A stretch of DNA of 46,697 nucleotides, from the NCBI GenBank assembly GCA_045403015.1, contig JAXIPI010000220.1, forward strand, positions 1-46,697, read 5' to 3'. Below, one piece after another: positions 28,091 through 36,787 of the stretch. The stretch comes from Gaiellaceae bacterium (GTDB taxonomy: Bacteria; Actinomycetota; Thermoleophilia; Gaiellales; Gaiellaceae). Numbering within the stretch: the first letter of the stretch is position 1; each line of letters begins with the position of its first letter. The translations under genes and the position numbers were made by a program. The notes under the pieces are model-generated. The model worked only from the letters and a program-made list of their open reading frames with translations, ran no database searches and was not told where the DNA came from.

Positions 28091-29656
28091 CTAGCGGACG
28101 ACGCGGCTGATCTCTTCGACCGTCGTCACGCCGGCTGCAGCCTTGGCGAGCCCGTCCTGCCAGAGCGTCGACATGCCGCCTGCCGTGGCCGCTTGGACGA
28201 GCTCCGGGTGCCCTGCACCGGCGATCAGGAGCCCGCTGATCGTCTCGTTCATGACCATCAGCTGGTGCACGCCGGTCCGGCCGCGGTAGCCCTTCGCGCA
28301 GCGCGTGCATCCTCGCCGCCGATAGAGCGTCACGCCGCTGTCGATCGCCTCAGCACTGAACCCGAGGTACTCGAGATCGGCTCTGCTCGACTCGTACGGC
28401 TCGCGGCACTCCTCGCAGAGACGGCGCACCAGGCGCTGCGCCAGCACGGCAGAGATCGCCGAGGCGGTGATCGAAGGCTCGACACCAAGCTCCCGCAAGC
28501 GCGTGAGCGTGCTCGGGGCGTCGTTCGTGTGCAGGGTGGAGAAGACTGAGTGTCCGGTCAGGGCCGCTTCGAGCGCGATCTTTGCCGTCTCCAGATCGCG
28601 GATCTCGCCCACCATCAAGACGTCGGGATCGCTGCGCAGGATCGCGCGCAAGCCCGTGGCGAACGTGAGCCCGGCACGCTTGTTGACCTGCAGCTGATAG
28701 ACGTCGGGGAGCCGGTACTCGACCGGGTCCTCGATCGTGATCACGTTGATCTCGGGCCGGAGGACGTCGCAAAGGGCGGCGTAGATCGTCGTCGACTTGC
28801 CGCTGCCGGTCGGGCCGGTGACGAGGAACGCTCCTGTCGGCCGGAAGATGACCTCCTCCAGCTGCATCTGCAGCTCGTTCGACAGTCCGATCTCGGTCAG
28901 CGTGGGAGCGGCACGGGTCTTCTCGAGCAGGCGCATGATCACGCCTTCGCCCTCGACGGTCGGCAGCACGGCAACGCGGATGTCGAACACACGGCGGCTG
29001 CTCGTGGCACGGACCGACATGCGTCCGTCCTGCGGCATCCGATGCTCGGCGATGTCGAGCTTGGCGAGGACCTTGATCCTGCTGATGACACCAGCGGCGT
29101 GCTCTTTGGGGATTCGCTCGACCTCCTGGAGGATGCCGTCGATACGGAGTCGCACGATCAGGACCTCTCCGTGCGGCACGAAGTGGACATCGCTCGCACC
29201 CTCGTTCGAGGCCTGGAGGATGACCGAGTTCACGAGCTCGATCGGCGGGGCGTCGGAGAAACCGTCCGCAGCCTCCAGATCGACGACGTCTTCCGCGTCC
29301 TCCTCCACGCTCGGCACGTACTCGCCCAGCAGGGTGGCGCGGGACTTCGGCTCTTGACCCCGTTTGAGGCGATGAAGCTCAGCGTCGATGTCGGCGGCAG
29401 GGGCAACGCCGAGGTCGATGGGATAGGCACTGACGATGCGCAGCTCGTCGGTCAGCAGGATGTTGGATGGATCGACGACCGCCACCTTCAGCCGGTCCTC
29501 TTCGAGCCGATACGGAAGGGCGCGGATCCGCAGCAGGACGTGCAGCGGGATCGCTTCGGCGGCCTCCGGCTGAACGCGCTCGATGCGGAGGTCGATCAAC
29601 GGCAGCCCGTAGGTCTCGGCCGGCGTGGACTCGGGGTTGGTTACAGGAGTCGACAT
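28091..29656 (-). CDS. GspE/PilB-family type II/IV secretion or pilus assembly ATPase, no partner pilus/secretion genes in window
   Basis: N-terminal T2SSE_N-like domain, Walker A GPTGSGKSTT, Asp/His boxes, tetracysteine CEECR...CTRC. Confidence 0.9.
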   Translation of the reverse strand: MSTPVTNPESTPAETYGLPLIDLRIERVQPEAAEAIPLHVLLRIRALPYRLEEDRLKVAVVDPSNILLTDELRIVSAYPIDLGVAPAADIDAELHRLKRGQEPKSRATLLGEYVPSVEEDAEDVVDLEAADGFSDAPPIELVNSVILQASNEGASDVHFVPHGEVLIVRLRIDGILQEVERIPKEHAAGVISRIKVLAKLDIAEHRMPQDGRMSVRATSSRRVFDIRVAVLPTVEGEGVIMRLLEKTRAAPTLTEIGLSNELQMQLEEVIFRPTGAFLVTGPTGSGKSTTIYAALCDVLRPEINVITIEDPVEYRLPDVYQLQVNKRAGLTFATGLRAILRSDPDVLMVGEIRDLETAKIALEAALTGHSVFSTLHTNDAPSTLTRLRELGVEPSITASAISAVLAQRLVRRLCEECREPYESSRADLEYLGFSAEAIDSGVTLYRRRGCTRCAKGYRGRTGVHQLMVMNETISGLLIAGAGHPELVQAATAGGMSTLWQDGLAKAAAGVTTVEEISRVVR

Positions 29657-29709
29657 GCTCCGGTTATCGACACCTTGCAGTCCGATTTGAGTCGTTAGGA
29701 TCGCGACCT

Positions 29710-30129
29710 GTGGATCTCTTCGACTGGTTGCTCTTCCTCCACGTGCTCAGCGCGTTCCTCGCGGTCGGTGCGCTGACCGCACTCTGGGCGCTCGTGCTCA
29801 GCTCGAGTGGGGCCACGCCGACCGTGTCCCCAGACTCGGCAATGCGATTCGGGCGTACCGCGGGCATCGTCGTCGGAATCGGAATGATGGGCACGATCAT
29901 CTTCGGCATCTGGCTCGCGATCGACGTCGACAGCTACGAGCTCTGGGACGGCTGGATCCTCGCGTCGATCGTGATCTGGGCCATTTCCGGGTGGGCCGGG
30001 GGACAGGCCGGAAAGGGGTTCGCCGGCGATGCGGTCGGCGGTCGCCAGGCCGGAATCCGCTACCAGGCGATCAACAGCGTCGGCCTGTTCGTCATCCTGC
30101 TGCTCATGATCTGGAAGCCGGGAGCGTGA
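29710..30129 (+). CDS. Integral membrane protein, DUF2269-like
   Basis: GTG start with AGGA upstream. Four hydrophobic helices starting LFDWLLFLHVLSAFLAVGAL. Confidence 0.6.
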   Translation: MDLFDWLLFLHVLSAFLAVGALTALWALVLSSSGATPTVSPDSAMRFGRTAGIVVGIGMMGTIIFGIWLAIDVDSYELWDGWILASIVIWAISGWAGGQAGKGFAGDAVGGRQAGIRYQAINSVGLFVILLLMIWKPGA

Positions 30130-30131
30130 GC

Positions 30132-30590
30132 ATGCTCGCTGCCATCCGCTCGGACGACGTGAACTTCCCGCTCTTCCTGCACGTCTTCGGTGCGATGTTG
30201 CTGGTCGGAGCGCTGTTCGCTGTCGCATTGGCGACGGTTCTCGCTTGGCGCCGCCCTGACGACGCCGCCGGGCTGACCCGCTTCAGCCTGCGCACGCTCT
30301 TGATCGGCGTCCTCCCCTCCTACATTCTGATGCGGATCGGCGCCCAGTGGACGGAGTCCAGAGAGAACTTCCCGGATGACTTCGACCCGACCTGGCTGGG
30401 GATCGGCTACATCACAGCAGACGCCGGCGCGCTGCTGGTCCTGATCTCGGTGATCCTCTCGGCGCTCGGACTGCGGAAGCTGCGAGACGGGTCCGGCGTC
30501 GGCTTCGGCCGCGCGGTCGGCGTAATCAGCATCCTGCTCCTGGCCGCCTACATCCTCGCCGTCTGGGCAATGACCGCGAAGCCCTCCTAG
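30132..30590 (+). CDS. Integral membrane protein, distant paralogue of the preceding gene
   Basis: ATG 2 nt after the preceding stop. N-terminus FPLFLHVFGAMLLVGALF mirrors LLFLHVLSAFLAVGAL. Four helices. Confidence 0.6.
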   Translation: MLAAIRSDDVNFPLFLHVFGAMLLVGALFAVALATVLAWRRPDDAAGLTRFSLRTLLIGVLPSYILMRIGAQWTESRENFPDDFDPTWLGIGYITADAGALLVLISVILSALGLRKLRDGSGVGFGRAVGVISILLLAAYILAVWAMTAKPS

Positions 30591-30602
30591 GAGAGCCTGG
30601 TC

Positions 30603-31022
30603 GTGCCCGAAGCCGGCTTCATCGACCACATCGGGATCGGCGTTCCGGATCTCGTCGCGACCAAGCTGTACTACGACGACCTCATGAACGTCCTCGGGCT
30701 CCGACAATGGTTCGAGACAGGCCCCGAAGGACCACTCAACTACGGGCCTGACGGTGCTCTGGGCTCACAACTGTTCTTCTACCAAGCAGAGGAACCGGGC
30801 AGCTACTCACGCCGCCAAACTGGCCTTCATCACCTCGCGTTCTTGGTCGCGAGCAGAACGGTCGTCCGAGAAGCACACCAGTGGGCGGTTGCCCGCGAGG
30901 CCGTCATCTTGGACGAACCAGGCGAGTTTCCTCAGTACGGGGAGCATTGTTTTGCGACCTACTGGCTTGATCCCCATGGATTCAAGCTCGAGGCGGTTTG
31001 CCACACTCCCGAGGAGAGCTAG
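30603..31022 (+). CDS. VOC/glyoxalase-family protein
   Basis: IDHIGIGVPDL...GLHHLAFLV...DPHGFKLE pattern of paired beta-alpha-beta-beta-beta modules. Confidence 0.8.
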   Translation: MPEAGFIDHIGIGVPDLVATKLYYDDLMNVLGLRQWFETGPEGPLNYGPDGALGSQLFFYQAEEPGSYSRRQTGLHHLAFLVASRTVVREAHQWAVAREAVILDEPGEFPQYGEHCFATYWLDPHGFKLEAVCHTPEES

Positions 31023-31070
31023 TCGGGACAGGCGGCGAGCGCTGGCGGCAGGGTTCCCTGCGCCCCTGGC

Positions 31071-33011
31071 TCACTCGGGAGAGATCTGTCGCGCGATCCC
31101 TGCCGCCCCAGCCGCAACGCCGGCGCCGGTACCACCCACGCCACCCTCACCGCCGCGCCCCGGAGCGCCGTTCACAATCGTGGAACCGCCGGTCAGGAGC
31201 GCCGTCGACGCACCGCCCTTGAAGATCCCGACGCTCGGCCCGCCGGCTCCCCCTCCGCCTCCGCCGCCGGTGCCGCCTCTGCCGCCCGGACCGCCATCCG
31301 CACCGGCACCGATCTGGTTGATGCAGGAGACGGCACCGAGACCGCCGTCTCCGCCTGCCCCACCGGATCCACCGTAGGCGCCGTCCGAGCCGGCGCCGCC
31401 GCTCTCGGACTTGATCGAGCTGGCCTGGGAGATGGTGACCGTCGAGTTGTAGAGATAGACGCCGAACGAGCCCCCAGCAGCACCGCCGCCGGCCCCGGCA
31501 CCGCCACCCGCACCGCCGCCTCCGCCGCCACCGCCGCCGTTGCCCGTGCCGTCGTAGACGAACGGTCCTCCGTGGCCGCCGCCACCACCGCCGCCACCGC
31601 CGCCGTTGCCGGGCTCGCCGAGCGTGCCTGGCCGGCCGTTCTGGCCGTCCCAAAGCGCAGCTGCGGCGGCAGTTGAGTTCGTGCCGCCTGCGCCTTTCGT
31701 ACCGACCGCGCCGTCGGCGCCCCTCCCGCCGTCAGCGCCGCGGCTGCCGGGGCTCGCAGGGCTGTTGGTCGAGATCCCTCCGGCCCCTCCCGGCGTCCCG
31801 ATCTCCCCCGCACTGCCCTGGTGCCCCGGGTTGTCCCCCTGGCTGCCGCCGTTTCCTCCGCGCCCGCCCGAGCGGCCGCCCGCGCTCGAGCCGCCGAGTC
31901 CTCCGAGGCCCACCGTCTTCCCGTCGCAGTACCCGATCCGGCCCGGCCTGCCGTCGCCACCGCGCACACCCATGGCGCCCGAGGAGCCGGGATGGGCGCC
32001 GCTACTCCCGTACCCGCCACTGACGACGACGCGCTGCAACGTCACCTTGGAGCCGTTGACCAGGCGAATCCCGTACGCGCTCGCGCCGGGCTGCGGGCCA
32101 CTGTTCCCCCGGAGCGTCACGTACTGGAGCGCGACCCCGGTCGCGTTGGCCCCGAAGACCCCCTCCGAAGCACCGGTGATCGAGGTCACGAGGTTGGGAC
32201 CACGCGCCCAGGTATCGGCACGGTAGCCGCCGTAGATCGCGACTCCGTCCGCCAGCTCGACGCGGCCGTAGGTCCCCGCCGCCGCGTACACATCCTTGTC
32301 CACGTCAGCTGCCTCGGCGACCGCCACCTGGATCTCGCGCTTCGGCGCCGCCTTCGTGCCTGGGTTGGTGTCCTTCCCGAGCGGCGAGGCGAAGACCGCG
32401 TTCCTCTCGTTGCCGTCGATGCCGTCGCAGTTGGAGTCGACAAAGGCGAGATCGGGAGCGTCCAGCACCCGCGGGTTGATTGCCGGATCTCCAGGCGCGC
32501 AGTCCTCCGCATCGACGACGCCGTCACCGTCTCGGTCGCCCGGACCCGGGGGCGGAGGCGGCGGAGCCGGCACGATCCCATGCGCGCGAGCGCTGACGCC
32601 TCGCTGCGCGACTGCCTGGTTCCCGGCCCGGTCCTTCACGGGCTTCGATCCCGTGCGGCCGTAACGAACGAACGGCGTCGCGGTGTGGTCGGGGCCCGAG
32701 TGCTCGGCTAGCGAGATCACGATCACCCTTCCGGACGCGGCGCTCACCGAGAGGATCCGGTAGCCGGCCACGGCGAACGGGTACTTGCCGTCCGCGTCGC
32801 GCGGATGGCGGATCGGCTCCGAGAAGGTCAGGCGCAGGGTGTCCGCTCTGGAATCGCGGTCGGCGTCGCCCATCGCAGCCGAGACGATGCGCGGCGGCTT
32901 CTTGTCCGGCGCCGCCATCGACGACGCGGCGGTGACAAGGAGGGAGAGCAGGAGCGCCGGAGGGAGCGCTCCGACGCGCCGGCATCGCCCCAAGAATGGT
33001 CGTACGGCCAT
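31071..33011 (-). CDS. Secreted protein: Ig-like N-terminal region, TSP3-like Asp-rich calcium motifs, pectate-lyase-fold-like segment, long Gly-rich (GGxGG) C-terminal repeats
   Basis: Signal-like N-terminus. DRDGDGVVDAEDCAP and DSNCDGIDG. C-terminal half dominated by GGAGG/GGSGG runs interrupted by beta-strand-like segments (SFGVYLYNSTVTISQASSI, SVGIFKGGASTALLTGGSTIV). Confidence 0.8.
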   Translation of the reverse strand: MAVRPFLGRCRRVGALPPALLLSLLVTAASSMAAPDKKPPRIVSAAMGDADRDSRADTLRLTFSEPIRHPRDADGKYPFAVAGYRILSVSAASGRVIVISLAEHSGPDHTATPFVRYGRTGSKPVKDRAGNQAVAQRGVSARAHGIVPAPPPPPPGPGDRDGDGVVDAEDCAPGDPAINPRVLDAPDLAFVDSNCDGIDGNERNAVFASPLGKDTNPGTKAAPKREIQVAVAEAADVDKDVYAAAGTYGRVELADGVAIYGGYRADTWARGPNLVTSITGASEGVFGANATGVALQYVTLRGNSGPQPGASAYGIRLVNGSKVTLQRVVVSGGYGSSGAHPGSSGAMGVRGGDGRPGRIGYCDGKTVGLGGLGGSSAGGRSGGRGGNGGSQGDNPGHQGSAGEIGTPGGAGGISTNSPASPGSRGADGGRGADGAVGTKGAGGTNSTAAAAALWDGQNGRPGTLGEPGNGGGGGGGGGGHGGPFVYDGTGNGGGGGGGGGAGGGAGAGGGAAGGSFGVYLYNSTVTISQASSIKSESGGAGSDGAYGGSGGAGGDGGLGAVSCINQIGAGADGGPGGRGGTGGGGGGGAGGPSVGIFKGGASTALLTGGSTIVNGAPGRGGEGGVGGTGAGVAAGAAGIARQISPE

Positions 33012-33113
33012 GAGTCCTCCTCTTCTGGTTCTCGACCAGACGGAGGTGAGCTTCGGAATCTTCCGTCGGCCGTCTCATGGCGAGACGTGGGGCGATGCCG
33101 GCGTTCGGTCTCC

Positions 33114-33527
33114 TCAGGAGAGCTGCGCCATGCGGAACTGGTTCCCAGACGGGTCGCGGAAGCCGACATCGATGCCGTACGGCTGTTGCTCCGGCTCCCC
33201 CTGGAACTCGACGCCGCGGCTCTTGAGCTCTTGGTAGCTCGCCTGCACGTCGTCGGTCGAGAAGAAGAGGCCGCCCGCGGCTCCCTTGGCCAGCACCTCC
33301 TTCACCTTCGCCTGGGTGTCGGCGTCGAACACGGGCGGACCGGGCACGGCCAGCAGAGCCAGGTTCACGTCCTGCCCAGGCAGGCCGACCGTCAGCCAGC
33401 GGAAGTTGCCCATCTCAGGCACCGTCACGTCCTGACGGAGCTCGAACCCGAGCTTCTCGGTGTAGAAGGCGAAGGCTTCGTCCTGATCGTGGACCCACAC
33501 ACTGACGTTGGTGAGGCTCTTGAGCAT
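33114..33527 (-). CDS. VOC/glyoxalase-family protein
   Basis: GGGAGGA SD before the ATG at 33527. MLKSLTNVSVWVHDQDEAFAFYTEKLGFEL...FRDPSGNQF. Confidence 0.8.
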   Translation of the reverse strand: MLKSLTNVSVWVHDQDEAFAFYTEKLGFELRQDVTVPEMGNFRWLTVGLPGQDVNLALLAVPGPPVFDADTQAKVKEVLAKGAAGGLFFSTDDVQASYQELKSRGVEFQGEPEQQPYGIDVGFRDPSGNQFRMAQLS

Positions 33528-33561
33528 GTCTTCCTCCCTTGCTGTCGATTGAGGAATCACG

Positions 33562-33996
33562 CTAGCCAGGCTGCTCGCGGCTGTCTTCTCGAAAACTGCT
33601 GGACGGTGGGCGCGCCCAGGCAAGCAGCACGCAGGTCGGGATCCGGGCGCGAGTCGCCGCGTGCGGGAAGGTCGCCCGGTACGCCGTCGGTGAGAGCCCG
33701 AAGCCGCGGCCGAAGCTCGTCGTGAACGAGCCGACGCTCCGCAGCCCGACGGTGAAGCAGATGTCTGCGACCGACCGGTCCGTGTTCCGCAGCAGCGCCG
33801 CTGCCCGCTCCAGCCGCCGGGTCAGCAGGTACTGGTGCGGCGTCTCGCCGAAGGCACGGCGGAACTCGCGGCTGAAGTGCGCCTGCGAGAGGCGCGCTGC
33901 GCGCGCGAGCGCAGGCACATCCAGCGACTCGCGGTACTGCGCGTCGACGAGATCCTTCGCGCGGAGCAAGTGTCGTGCAGGATGAGGTGGGATCAT
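33562..33996 (-). CDS. AraC-family transcriptional regulator (HTH-only, short)
   Basis: LSQAHFSREFRRAFGETPHQYLLTRRLERAAALL...VADICFTVGLRSVGSFTTSFGRGFGLSPTAYR. Confidence 0.85.
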   Translation of the reverse strand: MIPPHPARHLLRAKDLVDAQYRESLDVPALARAARLSQAHFSREFRRAFGETPHQYLLTRRLERAAALLRNTDRSVADICFTVGLRSVGSFTTSFGRGFGLSPTAYRATFPHAATRARIPTCVLLAWARPPSSSFREDSREQPG

Positions 33997-35366
33997 CGGC
34001 TCGCCGCCCCGGAGTCGGTCGGCGGGATGTTCTGGTTACGGCGCAGGACGTTGTCCGGGTCGTATCGCCGCTTCAGCGTCTGGAGACGTTCGAACGCCTC
34101 AGCCCCGAATGTCGCGCGGACGCGCTCGATCGGCTCGTCGGCCTGCATGTAGTTGACGTAGCCGCCGCCGCTGAACGACCAGGGCTCGATCGCGGCCGCC
34201 GTCGCGCGAGCCCACTCGATCTGCTCGTCGTCGAGGCTGGCGTCCTGCCAGCCGGCCATAACGCTGACGTTGAACGCGGCGCCCCGAAAGCCGGCAACTG
34301 CCGTGGACGGATCGGCGTCCTTCGGCGCTCCATGGAGCGATTCGATCAGGATTTCTCCGGCCGGCCGGCCGAGCGCTCCAAGCCGAGGCAGCAGCTCGTC
34401 GAGCAGCTCATCCGGCAGCTCGTGCACGAAGTGGCCCTTCCAGTAATGCCGGTTCTCGCCGTACGGAGTATCGATCAGTCGTTGCTGGTCCAAGAAGGAC
34501 TGTGCCCGTACACCGTCCTCGACGAGTCCTGGAGCCGTGCGCAGCACGCGGAGCTCCTCAGCGTCGCCGTCGCCGGTGTAGCACGGGAAGGCGGCGAGCC
34601 AGGGCACCAGCTCTGCATCCACGCCGATCACGACGGAGCAACTGAGCTCACTCGAAGACTGGAGAGCGAGGTCGCGAAAGCCGCGCAGGACGTCACGGAC
34701 GCCTGGCCCGAGGTAAGTGAGCTGGCCGCCCACGACGCGATCGAGCGGGTGCAGGCGGAAGTCCAGGCGCGTCGCCACACCGAAGTTGCCGCCCGCACCG
34801 CGGAGTCCCCAGAGCAGCTCGGCATTCTCATCGGGGCTCGCCATGACCACATCCCCGGCCGGAGTGACGATCTCCGCCCCGACGAGGTTGTCGCACGTCA
34901 GGCCGTACTGGGCGGTGAGGTGGCCGATGCCGCCGCCGAGCGTGAGCCCGCACACGCCGGTGGAGCCGACGACCCCACCCGGAGCGACGAGGCCGAAGGC
35001 CTGGCTGGCGCCGTCGAAGTCGAGCCAGGTTGCGCCACCCCCGGCATGAGCAATCCGCGCTCCCGCGTCGATGTCCAGCGTCCGCAGCTGCGAAAGGTCG
35101 ATGACGAGCCCGCCATCCAGCACGCAGTGGCCGGCGGGATTGTGACCACCCCCGCGCACCGCCACCTCCAGATCATGCTCCCGGGCAAAGGCGAACGCCG
35201 TCGCCACGTCACCGGTGCCGACGCAGCGCGCAATCACGGCCGGCCGGCGGTCGACGAGCGCGTTGAAACAGCGGCGCGCGGCGTCGTACTCCTCGTCCGC
35301 AGGTGCGATCACGGCGCCGGCCAGCGACCGTCGCAGCTCGCCCAGGCTCCCGTCGAGCCCGCTCAC
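33993..35366 (-). CDS. FAD-linked oxidase (FAD_binding_4 + BBE-like C-terminus)
   Basis: VAVRGGGHNPAG, GGATWLDFD, GLTLGGGIGHL; C-terminal YVNY...RLQTLKRRYDPDNVLRRNQNI. Confidence 0.9.
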   Translation of the reverse strand: MSGLDGSLGELRRSLAGAVIAPADEEYDAARRCFNALVDRRPAVIARCVGTGDVATAFAFAREHDLEVAVRGGGHNPAGHCVLDGGLVIDLSQLRTLDIDAGARIAHAGGGATWLDFDGASQAFGLVAPGGVVGSTGVCGLTLGGGIGHLTAQYGLTCDNLVGAEIVTPAGDVVMASPDENAELLWGLRGAGGNFGVATRLDFRLHPLDRVVGGQLTYLGPGVRDVLRGFRDLALQSSSELSCSVVIGVDAELVPWLAAFPCYTGDGDAEELRVLRTAPGLVEDGVRAQSFLDQQRLIDTPYGENRHYWKGHFVHELPDELLDELLPRLGALGRPAGEILIESLHGAPKDADPSTAVAGFRGAAFNVSVMAGWQDASLDDEQIEWARATAAAIEPWSFSGGGYVNYMQADEPIERVRATFGAEAFERLQTLKRRYDPDNVLRRNQNIPPTDSGAASR

Positions 35367-36007
35367 TTCACGACCCGGTACTTGAGATGCGTGACCCCCG
35401 GAGACCCGATCACCCTGATGCCTTCAATCTCCGGCTTGCCGGCGAGCAGGTCGAGCAGCCGAACGCCGTCACCCAGCACAAGCGGCGCGACATGAACCTG
35501 GAACTCGTCGACCCGCCCGGCTGTCAGGTACTGCTGAACGACGTCCGCGCCGCCCGCGATCGCAATGTCCTTGTCGCCGGCGGCTGCGCGAGCCTGCTCG
35601 AGCGCGGCCTCGATCCCGTCGGTGACGAACGTGAACGACGTACCTCCCTGCTTCGTCACGGTCTCCCGCGCGTGGTGCGTGAGCACGAACACCGGCACGT
35701 GGAAGGGAGGGTCGTCTCCCCACCAGCCGTCCGCCTTGGGGTCGGCTTCCCACTGTCCTGCGCCGCCGCTGAACATGCGCCTGCCCATCAGGACCGCGCC
35801 GGTGTTGGCGACCGACTCCTCGAGGACGTCGGAGTCGGCAGTCGTCTCGCCGCCGTCCATCCCGTGGCGCTCGCGGAAGCTTGCGAGCCCGACCATCCAC
35901 TCGTGGATCCGCTCACCGCCCTCGCCCAGCGGTTCCTCGAGCGTCTGGTTCGGCCCGGCGATGAAACCGTCCAGTGACATCGTGAGATCGAATGTGAGTT
36001 TGGACAT
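35363..36007 (-). CDS. RibD_C / dihydrofolate-reductase-like family protein
   Basis: MSKLTFDLTMSLDGFIAGPN...GRRMF...GGADVVQQYL...DEFQVHVAPLVLGDG. Confidence 0.85.
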   Translation of the reverse strand: MSKLTFDLTMSLDGFIAGPNQTLEEPLGEGGERIHEWMVGLASFRERHGMDGGETTADSDVLEESVANTGAVLMGRRMFSGGAGQWEADPKADGWWGDDPPFHVPVFVLTHHARETVTKQGGTSFTFVTDGIEAALEQARAAAGDKDIAIAGGADVVQQYLTAGRVDEFQVHVAPLVLGDGVRLLDLLAGKPEIEGIRVIGSPGVTHLKYRVVK

Positions 36008-36080
36008 CGTCGCCTCCTGCTTCGTCGGTTGTGAGACTACGACTCCGCGACGCGACGCATCTCATCGCCGCGGGTGATCC

Positions 36081-36695
36081 TTACTCCCCGCTTCGTAGGT
36101 CGCCGAGGCGCGCGGCCTCGTAGGCGATCCGGTCGAACGTGACCGCACAGCCGTCCCCCAGCGGCGATTGCGCGGCGAACCCGATCGACGGCTCGGCCGC
36201 GGACTCGAGCGCAAAGTGGCGGATGAAGCTCCAGCTGCTGCCGTCGGTCGACGCGTGGAAGGCGAACGCCGATCCGACCTGTGCGATGCGGAGCCAGACC
36301 ATCGTGCCCTCGACCACGAACGAGTTGCAGTCGTCGGACACAACCCTCGTCACGACCGAGACCACCATCGGCTCACGCTGTGGTGAGTACTCGAAGCAGA
36401 GCTTCGCCCAGACCTCGTCGCTCTCGTACACGACGAGCACGCCCGCGTCGTAGGTCCCTGCGAAGTCGACCGTGACCCGCGCGCTGAGGAGAAAGTCACC
36501 GCTTGCACCGCCGAGGAGTGCCGGCGCGTTCAGCTTCGCCTCCGACGAGCGCTGGGGATCGACGAACCAGTCGGTGCGAGGACCCGCGGCGACCTGAAGC
36601 GAAGCTCCGTCCGGAACGCTCCAGCTCTGCGGCTCCCTCAGCCATCGCAGCTGCATCGGCAAGGCGTCGATCCTGACGGGCTCCTCGACGGTCAC
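36081..36695 (-). CDS. DUF1349 (concanavalin-like) family protein
   Basis: WLREPQSW...L.V.AGPRTDWF...NAP.LL...GDF...YDAGVLVVYESDEVWAKLCFEYS pattern. Confidence 0.7.
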   Translation of the reverse strand: MTVEEPVRIDALPMQLRWLREPQSWSVPDGASLQVAAGPRTDWFVDPQRSSEAKLNAPALLGGASGDFLLSARVTVDFAGTYDAGVLVVYESDEVWAKLCFEYSPQREPMVVSVVTRVVSDDCNSFVVEGTMVWLRIAQVGSAFAFHASTDGSSWSFIRHFALESAAEPSIGFAAQSPLGDGCAVTFDRIAYEAARLGDLRSGE

Positions 36696-36732
36696 AACAG
36701 GACGCTATCGCGAAGGCCCTCGAACTCGAGAA

Positions 36733-36761
36733 GGGAACCCCGCCTGGGGGGCGGGGCTCCC
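36733..36761 (-). terminator. GC-rich stem-loop downstream of the peroxidase gene
   Basis: GGGAACCCCGCC / GGCGGGGCTCCC arms (one mismatch) around a TGGGG loop, 27 nt after the stop at 36788. Confidence 0.55.
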
Positions 36762-36787
36762 TCTCGACAGCTGAACAGCGACGCGTC

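Noticed and set aside
30754-32226. Pro-rich plus-strand ORFs (30754..31377, 31606..32226)
   Set aside because: They are the mirror image of the GGN-rich glycine repeats of the minus-strand gene 31071..33011, which has a signal peptide and structured N-terminal domains.
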